Counted from the first letter of the stretch, positions 9,932 to 19,548 are shown. The stretch is 43,452 nt of DNA from a virus (IMGVR_UViG_3300020045_010636:1-43452), one strand, 5' to 3'. Numbers and translations are program-made. The notes: a model not told the origin generated them from the sequence alone.

Positions 9932-11779
9932 ATGAGTGTAACTTATGGGTTTTATAACTCATTAAATCACGACCGACAATACAACGCGACCCAGCTATCA
10001 AGCTTGTTTGATGGAATCATAAACGACGGCGTCTTTGCGTCCATAGGAACCTCGCTAGTGGTGGCTGCTAGTACGGGCATGACTGTCATCGTCGGCGAAG
10101 GACGCGCTTGGTTTAACCATACTTGGACGAATAATGATGCAGAGTTACCATTAGTGGTATCAGTGTCCGAGTTGGCTCTAAATAGAATTGATGCGGTTGT
10201 TTTAGAAGTGGCCTCATCGGACGACACAAGAGCTAACGCAATCAAAATTGTTAAGGGTATGGCGTCGGCTACGCCAACTAACCCGATAATGGAATCCACT
10301 GACGACTTACATCAGTATCCGCTAGCTTATATATATGTTGGGGCTGGCGTAACGTCGATCACTCAAGGCAATATCACAAACAAAGTTGGAACGGTCGATT
10401 GTCCATTTATCACAGGCATCATACAAACCATAACGGTTGAGGGGATAACTAATATTCTAGAGTCCGAGTTTAATACCTGGTTTGATGACATGAAAAATCA
10501 GTTAACTATAGACGCTGCTGGTAATTTACAGACGCAAATAAACGGTATTAATAGTGAGATTGACGTTCTTACTGCGGACCTAGACTTAGAGACCATGAAA
10601 ATCGGCGACGTTATTCAGACCGCGAGAGCAACACTTGGATCAAAATTTGCGTTAACAAATGGCGCTGAGGTTGTGGAAGCTACGTATCCGACTTTATATT
10701 CTCTAAGAACTCCAGAGTTTTCCGCAAATAGCTCTAGTTTTGGTCAAACAGCAACAACCGGAGCCATGGGCATAATCAATGGAAAAGCTTATATAGTTAG
10801 CGCTTTTAACTCTGATTATAACGCGTATGAGTACTCTTCTCTCTGGTCGCAGGATCGAAATAATTATCTAGCTTCTGGTGGCGCCCAACAAATGTATTAT
10901 TTAAAAGAGCTTAACGGTTTAACGGTTGGTTACGGGACAGAGGGTAAAATATATCATAACCCTAATTTTCCAGCGAGTATCGCATCAACTGGTTGGTCGT
11001 CGGTAACCCTCGTTGCAAGTGGTGGTCCAGTGTTAGGCGGAGAATATCTTAATGGATACTATATTTTCTTAGTCGCGTCAGCCGCCGGGGCGAATGCAGC
11101 CACTAAATTGTGTTACAGTAACACTTTAACCGGCGCATATACAACAATAACATTAGGTCTTAATGTCTATTGCATGATCAAGAATCCCATTGATAATGTT
11201 CTTATACTGAGAACCACTACGGGTTTCTACAGGATATCGGACATAACAATAACTCCAGTTCACACCATTAACGCTAGTATACCGGCAACCATGACGTTTG
11301 TTTATTTTTTTAATAATAACTACGTTTTAACGGGGTATAACTCAAAATATTATTATTATGGGGATACCTACACGTCAACCTTTATTGGCGTAAACAACCC
11401 CGAGCTCCCCCAATACTCCACTAACGCAATGTTGTTAAGAATGACCTATATTGGTAGTCGTTGGTATGGTCTACACTATTATATAGACTCGTCAAATTAT
11501 ACAGCGATTAGAGGATTCACCTTAGAGACATTGGGTCAACCAATTAAACCGGCATCCGCTGATTATTCAACGGTGCAAACAAACGCGTTCGTGGCGCAGT
11601 ATAGTTCAAATACGCCCATCGAAATACCAGTGCTATCGGGGTCCATGGGTATGTATTTTATGAACATAACGGTTGCAACTTTTGGCGGTTACGCATATGC
11701 GAGAGCCTTAAGGCCATATAGAACTCTGCCGACCAAGAGCGATGCTGGATTGTACACATTCATGCGAGTATTACAATAA
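9932..11779 (+). CDS. Tail fibre / receptor-binding protein
   Basis: Conserved N-terminal baseplate anchor (GFYNS..HDR.Y.A.Q.S..FDG.I.DGV; RIDAVVLEV), a collar-like segment and a beta-rich C-terminal domain. Confidence 0.8.
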   Translation: MSVTYGFYNSLNHDRQYNATQLSSLFDGIINDGVFASIGTSLVVAASTGMTVIVGEGRAWFNHTWTNNDAELPLVVSVSELALNRIDAVVLEVASSDDTRANAIKIVKGMASATPTNPIMESTDDLHQYPLAYIYVGAGVTSITQGNITNKVGTVDCPFITGIIQTITVEGITNILESEFNTWFDDMKNQLTIDAAGNLQTQINGINSEIDVLTADLDLETMKIGDVIQTARATLGSKFALTNGAEVVEATYPTLYSLRTPEFSANSSSFGQTATTGAMGIINGKAYIVSAFNSDYNAYEYSSLWSQDRNNYLASGGAQQMYYLKELNGLTVGYGTEGKIYHNPNFPASIASTGWSSVTLVASGGPVLGGEYLNGYYIFLVASAAGANAATKLCYSNTLTGAYTTITLGLNVYCMIKNPIDNVLILRTTTGFYRISDITITPVHTINASIPATMTFVYFFNNNYVLTGYNSKYYYYGDTYTSTFIGVNNPELPQYSTNAMLLRMTYIGSRWYGLHYYIDSSNYTAIRGFTLETLGQPIKPASADYSTVQTNAFVAQYSSNTPIEIPVLSGSMGMYFMNITVATFGGYAYARALRPYRTLPTKSDAGLYTFMRVLQ

Positions 11780-11791
11780 AAGGAGATAATT

Positions 11792-12010
11792 ATGATAATT
11801 ACCGACCCTAAATTACAGCCTAAAACGGGGTATGTTGAAGTGGAGCTTGATAACGGCGCACGAGCATATGCTCCAACCGAAGAAATGCTTAGTCGACTAG
11901 AGTTGGACGCAGATAACAAACTTTTAAAAGCGCGATTACAAGCCCAAACGGAAAGATCTGAGTTTATCGATGAGTGTATTGCTGAGATGGCCACTATAAT
12001 GTACGCATAA
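11792..12010 (+). CDS. Small tail-fibre-associated protein
   Basis: RBS AAAGGAG; coiled-coil C-terminus (FIDECIAEMA); position. Confidence 0.55.
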   Translation: MIITDPKLQPKTGYVEVELDNGARAYAPTEEMLSRLELDADNKLLKARLQAQTERSEFIDECIAEMATIMYA

Positions 12011-12066
12011 TGGTACGTCTATTAATGGTATGCCTAATAAAAATATTATCAGAAGGAGGAAAAGAA

Positions 12067-12243
12067 ATGATGGCGATGTTTTTTGCACAAAGGGTTATCC
12101 TTGGAAAATCAAAATTCAGCGATCTTCAAAACGGGGCCGCTAGCGTAGTCCCAGCGGCGTTGGAAAGTCAGGTCGCAGAATTAATAATTGATTCTGGACT
12201 TTCGGAACTTGTGCCGGTTCGTCTTGGCGGAACGGGCATATAA
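12067..12243 (+). CDS. XkdX/CD1375-like small protein
   Basis: AGGAGG RBS before ATG 12067; MMAMFFAQRVILGK...VP..L..QV pattern. Confidence 0.55.
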   Translation: MMAMFFAQRVILGKSKFSDLQNGAASVVPAALESQVAELIIDSGLSELVPVRLGGTGI

Positions 12244-12250
12244 ACCCCCC

Positions 12251-12298
12251 CAATAACATACGCGAAGACCTCGCTACACGTCTTCGCGTATGTTATTG
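12251..12298. repeat. Perfect 19-bp inverted repeat
   Basis: CAATAACATACGCGAAGAC-N10-GTCTTCGCGTATGTTATTG. Confidence 0.9.
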
Positions 12299-12328
12299 AA
12301 ATTACTTGAGAAGGAGAACTCGTTCGCC

Positions 12329-13603
12329 ATGGCAAGAAAGTTTTTAGATTATGACGGATTACTTTATTTTTGGAGTAAAATAAAGACCTCCCTTGACCCC
12401 ACACAAGTTGGGGATATAATACAAACTGTAAAAAATAGCCTGGGCTCAAAATACGTATTAACCAATGGCGCGGAAGTTACCCAAGCAACATATCCTGATC
12501 TGTATTCGATATTACCAACTACATATTCGGGAGTATCAAAAACATGGGGGCAGGTGGCGACAACCGGAGCAATGGGGATCATTAACGGCAAAGCATATGT
12601 CGTAAGCGCATTTAACTCAGACTATAATGCATACGAGTATGATCCGGCATTTTGGACGTCTCCTAGAAGTAATTATTTGGCATATGGCGGCGCCCAACAA
12701 ATGTATTATTTAAAAAGTCTTAATGGGTTAACAGCGGGCTTCGGAACCTCAGGCCAAATATATTATAATCCAAACTTTCCGGCGAGTCTTGCTTCTACAG
12801 GATGGGCGTATATAACTCTGATATCAAACGGGGGCGCGGTCTTATGCGGAGAATATTTTAATGGATATTATGTGTTCTTAGTTGCGTCAACTGTGGGGGC
12901 GACAACAAGTACTAAATTATTTTATTGTAACACTTTGACCGGTACTTATTCGGTACATACGCTAGGCATAGCATGTTATAGCATGTGCTATAATGCTACT
13001 GCCAACTCGCTAATTCTAAGAACGATGACTGGGTTTTATATAATTTCGGATGTAACGATCGCCCCTACGCACACGGTTAATGCCTCTTTGCCAAGCACCT
13101 CGGGCACAAGATTTTTATATTATGCCAATGGCACATATATGCTTACTGGTTATGACTCATTATATTATTATTACGGTGATAGTTTAACTGGAACATTCAC
13201 CGCAATTAATAATCCAGCATTACCAAAAACGTCAACATACCCAACATTGCTACGCATGACGTATATAAACAATCAATGGGTTGGTCTGCACTACCAACAA
13301 ACAACGGTAAGTCTATTTACGGCAAGAGAGGTATACTTAACCGTTCTTGGCGCGCCACTTACTACGATGGCGTCGGATAGGACCCCATCATTTAGTCCAA
13401 CTACTAGCCAATTTCTTGCTGGATATAGCGGGGCAACACCTATTGAAATACCGGTAGCATATGGCACAATGGCTATGTATTTTCCAAGTGTATCTTCTGG
13501 CGGATATGGTGGGTATGCCTCAGCTTTATCAAGTAGGCCATATCGAAAGGTCCCGACAAAAAGCGATACTGAGTTGTACACGTTTATACGAGCATTACCA
13601 TAA
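12329..13603 (+). CDS. Second receptor-binding/fibre tip protein, paralogue of the C-terminal ~400 aa of 9932..11779
   Basis: Collinear similarity (ATTGAMGIINGKAY.VSAFNSDYNAYEY; RPYR..PTKSD..LYTF.R.L); start after AAGGAG. Confidence 0.8.
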   Translation: MARKFLDYDGLLYFWSKIKTSLDPTQVGDIIQTVKNSLGSKYVLTNGAEVTQATYPDLYSILPTTYSGVSKTWGQVATTGAMGIINGKAYVVSAFNSDYNAYEYDPAFWTSPRSNYLAYGGAQQMYYLKSLNGLTAGFGTSGQIYYNPNFPASLASTGWAYITLISNGGAVLCGEYFNGYYVFLVASTVGATTSTKLFYCNTLTGTYSVHTLGIACYSMCYNATANSLILRTMTGFYIISDVTIAPTHTVNASLPSTSGTRFLYYANGTYMLTGYDSLYYYYGDSLTGTFTAINNPALPKTSTYPTLLRMTYINNQWVGLHYQQTTVSLFTAREVYLTVLGAPLTTMASDRTPSFSPTTSQFLAGYSGATPIEIPVAYGTMAMYFPSVSSGGYGGYASALSSRPYRKVPTKSDTELYTFIRALP

Positions 13604-13627
13604 ACTTTTTTAGAGAGGAGGTACTGT

Positions 13628-13948
13628 ATGACGAGTGCAGGTTCGATGAAAAAGGGCGAATTGCTAATATTCACAGCAAATCTTGTAGATACGGCGACCG
13701 GATTACCGGCCATTGGTTTGACCGATAGGTTAAGTTGTCAGGGAAGATACGATCCGAACGGCGACTTAGTTACAACTTTTATTATTGCGGAGACTGATAC
13801 GCCAGGGACATATGTTTTTCAGTCTGGGCCATCTTCCTCTTGGCTGACCGGTCGGCTACTTGTGGATATAAAATACGATATACCCGGAATTAGTCCTATT
13901 CATACCGAAACGTTCAGTGTATCAATCGAAAAGGGGGTAACTGAATGA
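13628..13948 (+). CDS. Hypothetical virion protein (beta-rich, BppU-like)
   Basis: GAGGAGG RBS; position in the fibre cluster. Confidence 0.5.
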   Translation: MTSAGSMKKGELLIFTANLVDTATGLPAIGLTDRLSCQGRYDPNGDLVTTFIIAETDTPGTYVFQSGPSSSWLTGRLLVDIKYDIPGISPIHTETFSVSIEKGVTE

Positions 13949-14310
13949 GCACGGTTCCTGTTGTTATAAATTCATTTATTTCCCCAATTCAAATCTCAAA
14001 CTTGGCCATTAAAGATTCACCTATATTTATTGCCGAGCTTAAATTTCCAGGAACCGATTTAAAAATCGAAAACCTAGGGATTAGACTACCCGGTATGCCT
14101 GGCGAAAGCGCTTATGAATCGGCCGTTAAAGGTGGATACACAAGGTCTGAAGAAGAATTCTATACAGATATTGTGCCTAAAATAGCGTCCGAAGAATCTC
14201 TTGGTCTAGTTAAAATTGATGATAGTATTGTGTTAGAATACGATGGTACGATCGCTATTGATGCTTTAACCAACCAAGATATAGACAATTTACTAAATTT
14301 ATTTGTATAG
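13945..14310 (+). CDS. Fibre anchor/adaptor protein
   Basis: G.PGESAYE.AV.GGY..SEEEF motif typical of fibre proteins; LGLVKI motif; C-terminal LTNQDID. Confidence 0.55.
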   Translation: MSTVPVVINSFISPIQISNLAIKDSPIFIAELKFPGTDLKIENLGIRLPGMPGESAYESAVKGGYTRSEEEFYTDIVPKIASEESLGLVKIDDSIVLEYDGTIAIDALTNQDIDNLLNLFV

Positions 14311-14322
14311 GAGGATGTTTAA

Positions 14323-15756
14323 ATGGCGAGAAAATTTCTAGACTATGATGGTCTACTATATTTTTGGAGTAAAGTAAAGACCTCTCTCGGGACAAAACTC
14401 GATAAGAATGTGTCGATTACGGGCGCTACAAAAACAAAGATCACATATGACGCAGATGGGCTTGTGACGTCCGGAACCGATGCTACTACCGCGGATATAG
14501 CCGATAGTGCTGATAAAAGATATACCACCGACGCCGAAAAAACAAAACTCGCAAATCTCTCTGGAACTAACTCAGGAGACGAGACCGCAACAACTATCGG
14601 CACAAAAATATCGACCGCTACAGAAAAGACTACTCCTGTAGATGCAGATAAACTGCCTTTATCTGACTCCGCGGCCACGAATGTGATGAAATATCTTACA
14701 TGGGCCAATGTAAAGGTGGCGTTGGGTAGTATATTTGCGGCATCGTCACATAATCATGATGCAACTTATATAACCAAGAATACGGCCGTCACCGCCGCTA
14801 CCAAAACCAAGATTACATACGATGCGGATGGTCTGGTCACAGGCGGGGCAGATGCCACCACAGCAGATATAGCCGATAGTGCTGATAAACGATATGTTAC
14901 GGACGCTAAACTAGCCGTTTTAACCAATACGTCCGGCACAAATAGCGGCAATGAAACCACAACGACCATGGGGACGTTAATAAACGGTGCCACGGCTAAA
15001 ACCACGCCGGTGGATGCTGATATGGTCGGCTTAATGGATTCAGCCGCAGCAAACGTTGTCAAGAAACTATCCTGGGCCAATGTCAAAGCAACCCTTAAGA
15101 CATATTTTGATACGTTATATTCCTTAACCGGTCACACACATTCCGGAGTGTATCAACCAGTTGACGCGGATCTTACATCCATAGCTGGTCTTGCTGGAAC
15201 ATCCGGTCTCCTAAAAAAGACCGCGGCCGACACCTGGGCCCTTGATACTGCTACCTACACGATCGCTAATGGGGCCATAACAGGCGCAACTAAGGCCAAG
15301 ATCACGTACGACGCCAAAGGTTTGGTTACTGGCGGTGCGGATCTGGTTGCTGGTGATATTCCGAGTCTAAGCGCTACATACATTACCGTCGCAACAAAAG
15401 GTGCCGCGAACGGTGTGTGTCCTCTTGGGGCGGATTCAATTATCGCTTCCCAGTATTTACCATCGTACGTAGACGATGTAGTTGAGCTTCTGTCAATACA
15501 AACACAAGCAGGAGCAGCGCCTGCTAGTTGTGTAACTGGTAATGAGTACTATAATTATACGAACGCACTTATCTATACAGCTACCGGCACAAACACTTGG
15601 GGCGCGGTAGGCGTAGCGCCACTCGCCGATAAAATATATGTCGATACGACGACAAATATGTCGTACAGATGGGGCGGTTCGCAGATGGTGGCGATTACGT
15701 CATCCGACATGGTGCTAATAACAAATGCTGAGATCGACACAATAGTGGCGACATAA
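14323..15756 (+). CDS. Fibre shaft protein with internal repeats
   Basis: Three ATK.KITYDA.GLVT.G repeats, two of them within ~120-aa tandem units; LPSYVDDV motif. Confidence 0.75.
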   Translation: MARKFLDYDGLLYFWSKVKTSLGTKLDKNVSITGATKTKITYDADGLVTSGTDATTADIADSADKRYTTDAEKTKLANLSGTNSGDETATTIGTKISTATEKTTPVDADKLPLSDSAATNVMKYLTWANVKVALGSIFAASSHNHDATYITKNTAVTAATKTKITYDADGLVTGGADATTADIADSADKRYVTDAKLAVLTNTSGTNSGNETTTTMGTLINGATAKTTPVDADMVGLMDSAAANVVKKLSWANVKATLKTYFDTLYSLTGHTHSGVYQPVDADLTSIAGLAGTSGLLKKTAADTWALDTATYTIANGAITGATKAKITYDAKGLVTGGADLVAGDIPSLSATYITVATKGAANGVCPLGADSIIASQYLPSYVDDVVELLSIQTQAGAAPASCVTGNEYYNYTNALIYTATGTNTWGAVGVAPLADKIYVDTTTNMSYRWGGSQMVAITSSDMVLITNAEIDTIVAT

Positions 15757-15769
15757 ACGATTGAATACC

Positions 15770-15802
15770 TGGGTAGGGATGCTTAACCGTATTCCCTACC
15801 CA
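15770..15802 (+). terminator. Hairpin after the fibre genes
   Basis: TGGGTAGGGA...TCCCTACCCA inverted repeat; weak U tract. Confidence 0.55.
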
Positions 15803-15833
15803 AATTATAGATTAAGATGTAGGTGATAAGAAG

Positions 15834-16190
15834 ATGGATCCATGGCTCCAAATGATGATAACAATTACTTGCTCGGTTATAGCGTCCTCTGGTTTTTGGG
15901 CCTTCATGCAAAAAAGAGGCGAAAGAAGAGACGTCAAAACCGAAATGCTTATAGGGTTAGGTCACGATAGAATAGTGTATTTAGGTATGTGCTATCTTGA
16001 GCGTGGCGACTGGATAACCCAAGACGAATACGAGAACCTTAACGAATATCTGTATAAGCCTTATGAGAAAATGGGTGGAAACGGCTCTGCCAAAAGAATA
16101 ATGCAGGAAGTTAATAAGCTACGTATTTGCAAAGCGGTATATAAAGTTGGGCGAGAGTCTACTTGCGAAATGGCAAGAGGCGGAATATAA
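15834..16190 (+). CDS. Holin-like membrane protein
   Basis: N-terminal TM helix; LGHDRI, IT.DEY.NL and PY...GGNG motifs. Confidence 0.65.
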   Translation: MDPWLQMMITITCSVIASSGFWAFMQKRGERRDVKTEMLIGLGHDRIVYLGMCYLERGDWITQDEYENLNEYLYKPYEKMGGNGSAKRIMQEVNKLRICKAVYKVGRESTCEMARGGI

Positions 16191-16218
16191 TTTAAAATTA
16201 GAAGGAGAACCAATCACC

Positions 16219-16560
16219 ATGCCAAACAAAATCACTCTAGAATGGCTTTATGCCGCAGGCGTCCGTGCAATTAAAACAGTCGCCCAAACAGCTCTTGCAA
16301 TGTTCACTGTAGGACAGACCATAACGGCTATTGACTGGCGAACGATCGTCGGTGTATCCGTTGTGGCTGGAATATACTCCATTTTGACAAGTATTGTCGG
16401 CCTGCCTGAGGTTGGTACGGACGGTACTCTAAAAATTGACACCTCAAACCCTACAAAAGATACATATTTGCTCGCTTTAGATACACCACTCGAGACTATC
16501 GGCACAAAAAAGGTAGTAAAACTCACTGTGGATGCTACGGCCGACCTCTCGCAAAAATAA
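16219..16560 (+). CDS. Holin (r1t type)
   Basis: AAGVRAIKTVAQTA..IDW...S.LTSI.GLPEV; RBS before ATG 16219. Confidence 0.75.
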   Translation: MPNKITLEWLYAAGVRAIKTVAQTALAMFTVGQTITAIDWRTIVGVSVVAGIYSILTSIVGLPEVGTDGTLKIDTSNPTKDTYLLALDTPLETIGTKKVVKLTVDATADLSQK

Positions 16561-16573
16561 CTTACCCTTTAAT
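16549..16573 (+). promoter_or_regulatory. Repeated phage promoter-like motif, copy 1
   Basis: TCGC aaaaa TAAC ttacc CTT TAAT. Confidence 0.65.
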
Positions 16574-16625
16574 AGGAGACTGGGATTAAAATACAGGGTA
16601 CTAAAGAAAAACGAGGGTAAGGCGT

Positions 16626-16916
16626 ATGAGCATTATTAAATGGAGTAAGCGAACAAACAATTTAAAGAAAGAGATTGAATCAGTATTGATCTATATGCGA
16701 ACATTATCACCCGACTCAGCAGAATATACTGCCGCGGCAAAGAATCTGGAGATACTTTGTAATACGCAAGGTAAAGACAAAGACCGAAGGATTAGTCCGG
16801 ACACAATTGCCGTGGTAGCAGGAAACATTGTTGGGATAGTGATAATAGTTTGGTATGAGCAATTAAATGTGATCTCATCAAAGGCGTTAAGTTTAATTAT
16901 TAAAGGGCGTGTGTAA
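16626..16916 (+). CDS. Hypothetical membrane protein
   Basis: ORF after motif copy 1; C-terminal hydrophobic segment; followed by hairpins at ~16905-16978. Confidence 0.6.
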   Translation: MSIIKWSKRTNNLKKEIESVLIYMRTLSPDSAEYTAAAKNLEILCNTQGKDKDRRISPDTIAVVAGNIVGIVIIVWYEQLNVISSKALSLIIKGRV

Positions 16917-17009
16917 AAGCACGCCTTCCCCTTTTTTTAAAAAGAAGCGGCTGTTACAAGGCTTCTTCTTTTTTCTTTATCCAAAATATTGACATTATAG
17001 GAGTTTATT

Positions 17010-17276
17010 ATGCGTGAAATGAAAAGAGAAGTATTACTAGAAATGCTTGCTGAGGAGGCTTGTGAGCTCGGTCATGCGGCGTTGAAAATGGCCCGTATAT
17101 TGCGTGGCGAAAATCCTACGCCTGTGACGCCCGAAGAAGGCGCTTACAACCTCATTGAGGAGTATACGGACGTTATACAATGTGTACGCAAGCTAGAATT
17201 GTTGGTCAATGAAGAGCAAATAATCGTCAAACAGAAGCGTTGGGAAGATAGATTACATAATGGAGGTATAGCATGA
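17010..17276 (+). CDS. MazG-like nucleotide pyrophosphohydrolase
   Basis: LAEEACEL..AALK..R and LIEEYTDV motifs. Confidence 0.7.
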   Translation: MREMKREVLLEMLAEEACELGHAALKMARILRGENPTPVTPEEGAYNLIEEYTDVIQCVRKLELLVNEEQIIVKQKRWEDRLHNGGIA

Positions 17277-17929
17277 TACATGTGGTTGTGCTGAATGGTC
17301 TACCAGAGAACGGCAAAGACACGTTTAGAGAATATTGTGCCGATTTTTGCAAGAAAAATGGCGCCGAGGTAATGTATCGGTCAAGTATAGAGGTGCCTAA
17401 AGAGATTCTACGTACGTATTTTGGCTGGGCAGGCGACTCCCATAAAAATGAGTTCTGGAGAGCCGCTTTATCTGAGCTGAAGGCTTTTTGGGTTAAAACA
17501 TGCGATGGTCCGACTAAGTTTTGCCTCGATAATATCGTGAAGCTTAACTCGATATGCAAAGATACGGACGAGGTATCCACTCAACTTACGCATTGGTTAA
17601 CAACCGGTCACACGCCACAATTCGATTCAATAAACCACTTGGCTATGAAAGACGGATTCTTCTTTACTGATATACGAGAGCCGGCAGAGATATCCAAATT
17701 GCAAGAGGCGATTAATAATGTAACGAGCTTTGACGTCGACTGCTCTACGGTATTTATTGTTAGACCTGGTAAACATAAGGTGTGGAATAATCCGTCCGAC
17801 GATCTTGTGGCGGAGTTTACGTACGACTATACGATTGATAATTCATCAGTCGAGATTGCCTTGTCAGAAAAAGCGGAAAGAACTATACAAAATATTATTA
17901 ATCGGTCGCATAGAAAACGTAGCCTCTAA
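17273..17929 (+). CDS. Deoxynucleoside monophosphate kinase-like P-loop protein
   Basis: NGLPENGKDT P-loop, TDIREP.EI, and SD......YDY.IDN. Confidence 0.65.
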   Translation: MIHVVVLNGLPENGKDTFREYCADFCKKNGAEVMYRSSIEVPKEILRTYFGWAGDSHKNEFWRAALSELKAFWVKTCDGPTKFCLDNIVKLNSICKDTDEVSTQLTHWLTTGHTPQFDSINHLAMKDGFFFTDIREPAEISKLQEAINNVTSFDVDCSTVFIVRPGKHKVWNNPSDDLVAEFTYDYTIDNSSVEIALSEKAERTIQNIINRSHRKRSL

Positions 17930-17957
17930 TAGAAAACTATACTTGAGAGGAGATACT

Positions 17958-18158
17958 ATGAAAATCACCGATATGTTTGTATCAGCGATACTTAAGAGAG
18001 GAATACTATACGAGGCTCGTAACGTGGACGTGGAATTTACAGTTCCGCAGACAGTTACGGAGACAAATATAGGACCAATCACAAAAGATATTAAGATACA
18101 TTTTAAGGCGGATCACATGACATTGAGAATCGAGAAAGATAAGGGAGAGGGAGCTTAG
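17958..18158 (+). CDS. Cassette micro-ORF, 66 aa
   Basis: GAGGAG RBS; ends GEGA* with the stop in the hairpin loop. Confidence 0.7.
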   Translation: MKITDMFVSAILKRGILYEARNVDVEFTVPQTVTETNIGPITKDIKIHFKADHMTLRIEKDKGEGA

Positions 18159-18172
18159 GCTCCTTCTTTTTC
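18150..18172 (+). terminator. GGAGC-TTAG-GCTCC hairpin plus T tract (family; also ~18375, 18914, 19147, 21739, 26370, 26713)
   Basis: Recurrent hairpin with a TTAG loop followed by a pyrimidine tract. Confidence 0.75.
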
Positions 18173-18234
18173 TCTCGCATCGTTTACATCTCCTCTAATA
18201 GAGATTAAAATCATAAATTAAGGAGATTATAGAC

Positions 18235-18384
18235 ATGAAAGAAATAGGTTTAGCGATTGGATTAGTCAGCATAGCAGTAGGTGTTATATATGGCGGATAC
18301 AAACTAACTGATAAAATAGTGGATAAAGCCCATGATAAATGGTTGAGAAAACGTACAAAATTTATAAAAAGAAAGAGCGCTTAG
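18235..18384 (+). CDS. Cassette micro-ORF, 49 aa, single TM (not in ORF track)
   Basis: AAGGAG RBS; MKEIGLAIGLVSIAVGVIYGGYKLTDK...RKSA*. Confidence 0.7.
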   Translation: MKEIGLAIGLVSIAVGVIYGGYKLTDKIVDKAHDKWLRKRTKFIKRKSA

Positions 18385-18451
18385 GCTCTCTTTTTATCGC
18401 GATGATTACACATCCTATAATGAAATTAAAAACATTAAAGGAGATAACGAT

Positions 18452-18673
18452 ATGAAAAACGAAGAAATTATCCGCACCGCATTAACAATAGCTGGGGTAG
18501 TAATATGTGTAAAATACATAGTGATACCGATAGTTATGGTTACGGCAACCGGAATTGATAATCTGACAGAACAGCATCGTTTCAACAAAAGAATGAAACA
18601 AGGTTTGAAAGATGGAAGCATAATTAAAGTCGATGGTCAATACTACGAAGTAGAGACCGCGGAAGAAGATTAA
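18452..18673 (+). CDS. Cassette micro-ORF, 73 aa, membrane-anchored
   Basis: AAAGGAG RBS; N-terminal hydrophobic helix; stop within a GAAGAAG/CTTCTTC hairpin. Confidence 0.7.
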   Translation: MKNEEIIRTALTIAGVVICVKYIVIPIVMVTATGIDNLTEQHRFNKRMKQGLKDGSIIKVDGQYYEVETAEED

Positions 18674-18738
18674 GCTTCTTCTTTTTCGCGTGAAAAACCT
18701 CTACTATAATAGAACCATATTTGAGAGGAGAGTTTATT

Positions 18739-18924
18739 ATGACTTATAAACAAATAGAAACCAGCCGAGAGATTAGGCTTTGGATAGGGCAACTTATAGT
18801 ACCAGCAGTTACATTAGCTACGACAATTATAATAGCCAATCCGGAGTTTCGTCATGCGGCAGCAACAAAATTTACGAACATCAAAAATTCAGTTAAGAAT
18901 ACAGTTAAAAGAAAGGGAGCTTAG
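18739..18924 (+). CDS. Cassette micro-ORF, 61 aa
   Basis: GAGGAG RBS; MTYKQIETSREIRLWIGQ...KGA*. Confidence 0.7.
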   Translation: MTYKQIETSREIRLWIGQLIVPAVTLATTIIIANPEFRHAAATKFTNIKNSVKNTVKRKGA

Positions 18925-18987
18925 GCTTCCCTTTTATCGCGATGATTACACGTCCTATAATAGAACTATATTTAGGAGGAAAAGTAA

Positions 18988-19140
18988 ATGGAAAACAAAT
19001 TAAGAGTAATACTTATGGGAGTTAGCTTAGGAGCGACGGTACTACAGATATACTGGACAGTACATTCGATCGGCGTTAATAACCGTACAGCAAAAGCTGA
19101 AGAAAGAATTGCAGATGCTTTGGAATCAAAAAATGGTTAA
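18988..19140 (+). CDS. Cassette micro-ORF, 50 aa (not in ORF track)
   Basis: AGGAGG RBS; MENKLRVILMGVSLGATVLQIYW...SKNG*. Confidence 0.65.
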   Translation: MENKLRVILMGVSLGATVLQIYWTVHSIGVNNRTAKAEERIADALESKNG

Positions 19141-19214
19141 AAGATTGGAGCTTAGGCTCCTTTCTTTGTCTCGCGGAGTTTACATTGCTTATTATAGAAT
19201 AATTTAAGGAGAGT

Positions 19215-19358
19215 ATGATGAGTGAATTAGAAAAAGCGCTTAGAAGTAGTTTTAAAGATTTAACCAAAGAAGAATTGACAGACTTACTTGTGGCGGTTAT
19301 TGAAGACGGTCTTCATCGACGAGGGCCTAAAAAGAAAACATTAGAGAAAGAGAGTTAA
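19215..19358 (+). CDS. Cassette micro-ORF, 47 aa (not in ORF track)
   Basis: AAGGAG RBS; MMSELEKALRSSFKDLTKEELTDLLV...; stop in the loop of an AG-rich/CT-rich hairpin. Confidence 0.65.
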   Translation: MMSELEKALRSSFKDLTKEELTDLLVAVIEDGLHRRGPKKKTLEKES

Positions 19359-19428
19359 CTCTCTCTTTTATTTGTCTCGCGGAGACTACTTAGCCTATAA
19401 TGAAATATAAATGAAAGGAGTCCTGATT

Positions 19429-19548
19429 ATGAAGAAAGCAATATACATCATCATAGGAGCAATTGGCGCAATAACAATGATTGTTGTGCTACTATTCGGA
19501 TCTGATGATATTAAAACAAAATATCATAAATGGATGAAGTCATTGTAG
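19429..19548 (+). CDS. Cassette micro-ORF, 39 aa, single TM (not in ORF track)
   Basis: AAAGGAG RBS; MKKAIYIIIGAIGAITMIVVLLFG... Confidence 0.65.
   Translation: MKKAIYIIIGAIGAITMIVVLLFGSDDIKTKYHKWMKSL

Noticed and set aside
9932-13603. Diversity-generating retroelement or invertase-driven fibre switching
   Set aside because: Differences between the paralogues are not adenine-specific, both copies are on the same strand, and no reverse transcriptase or invertase is visible in the window.
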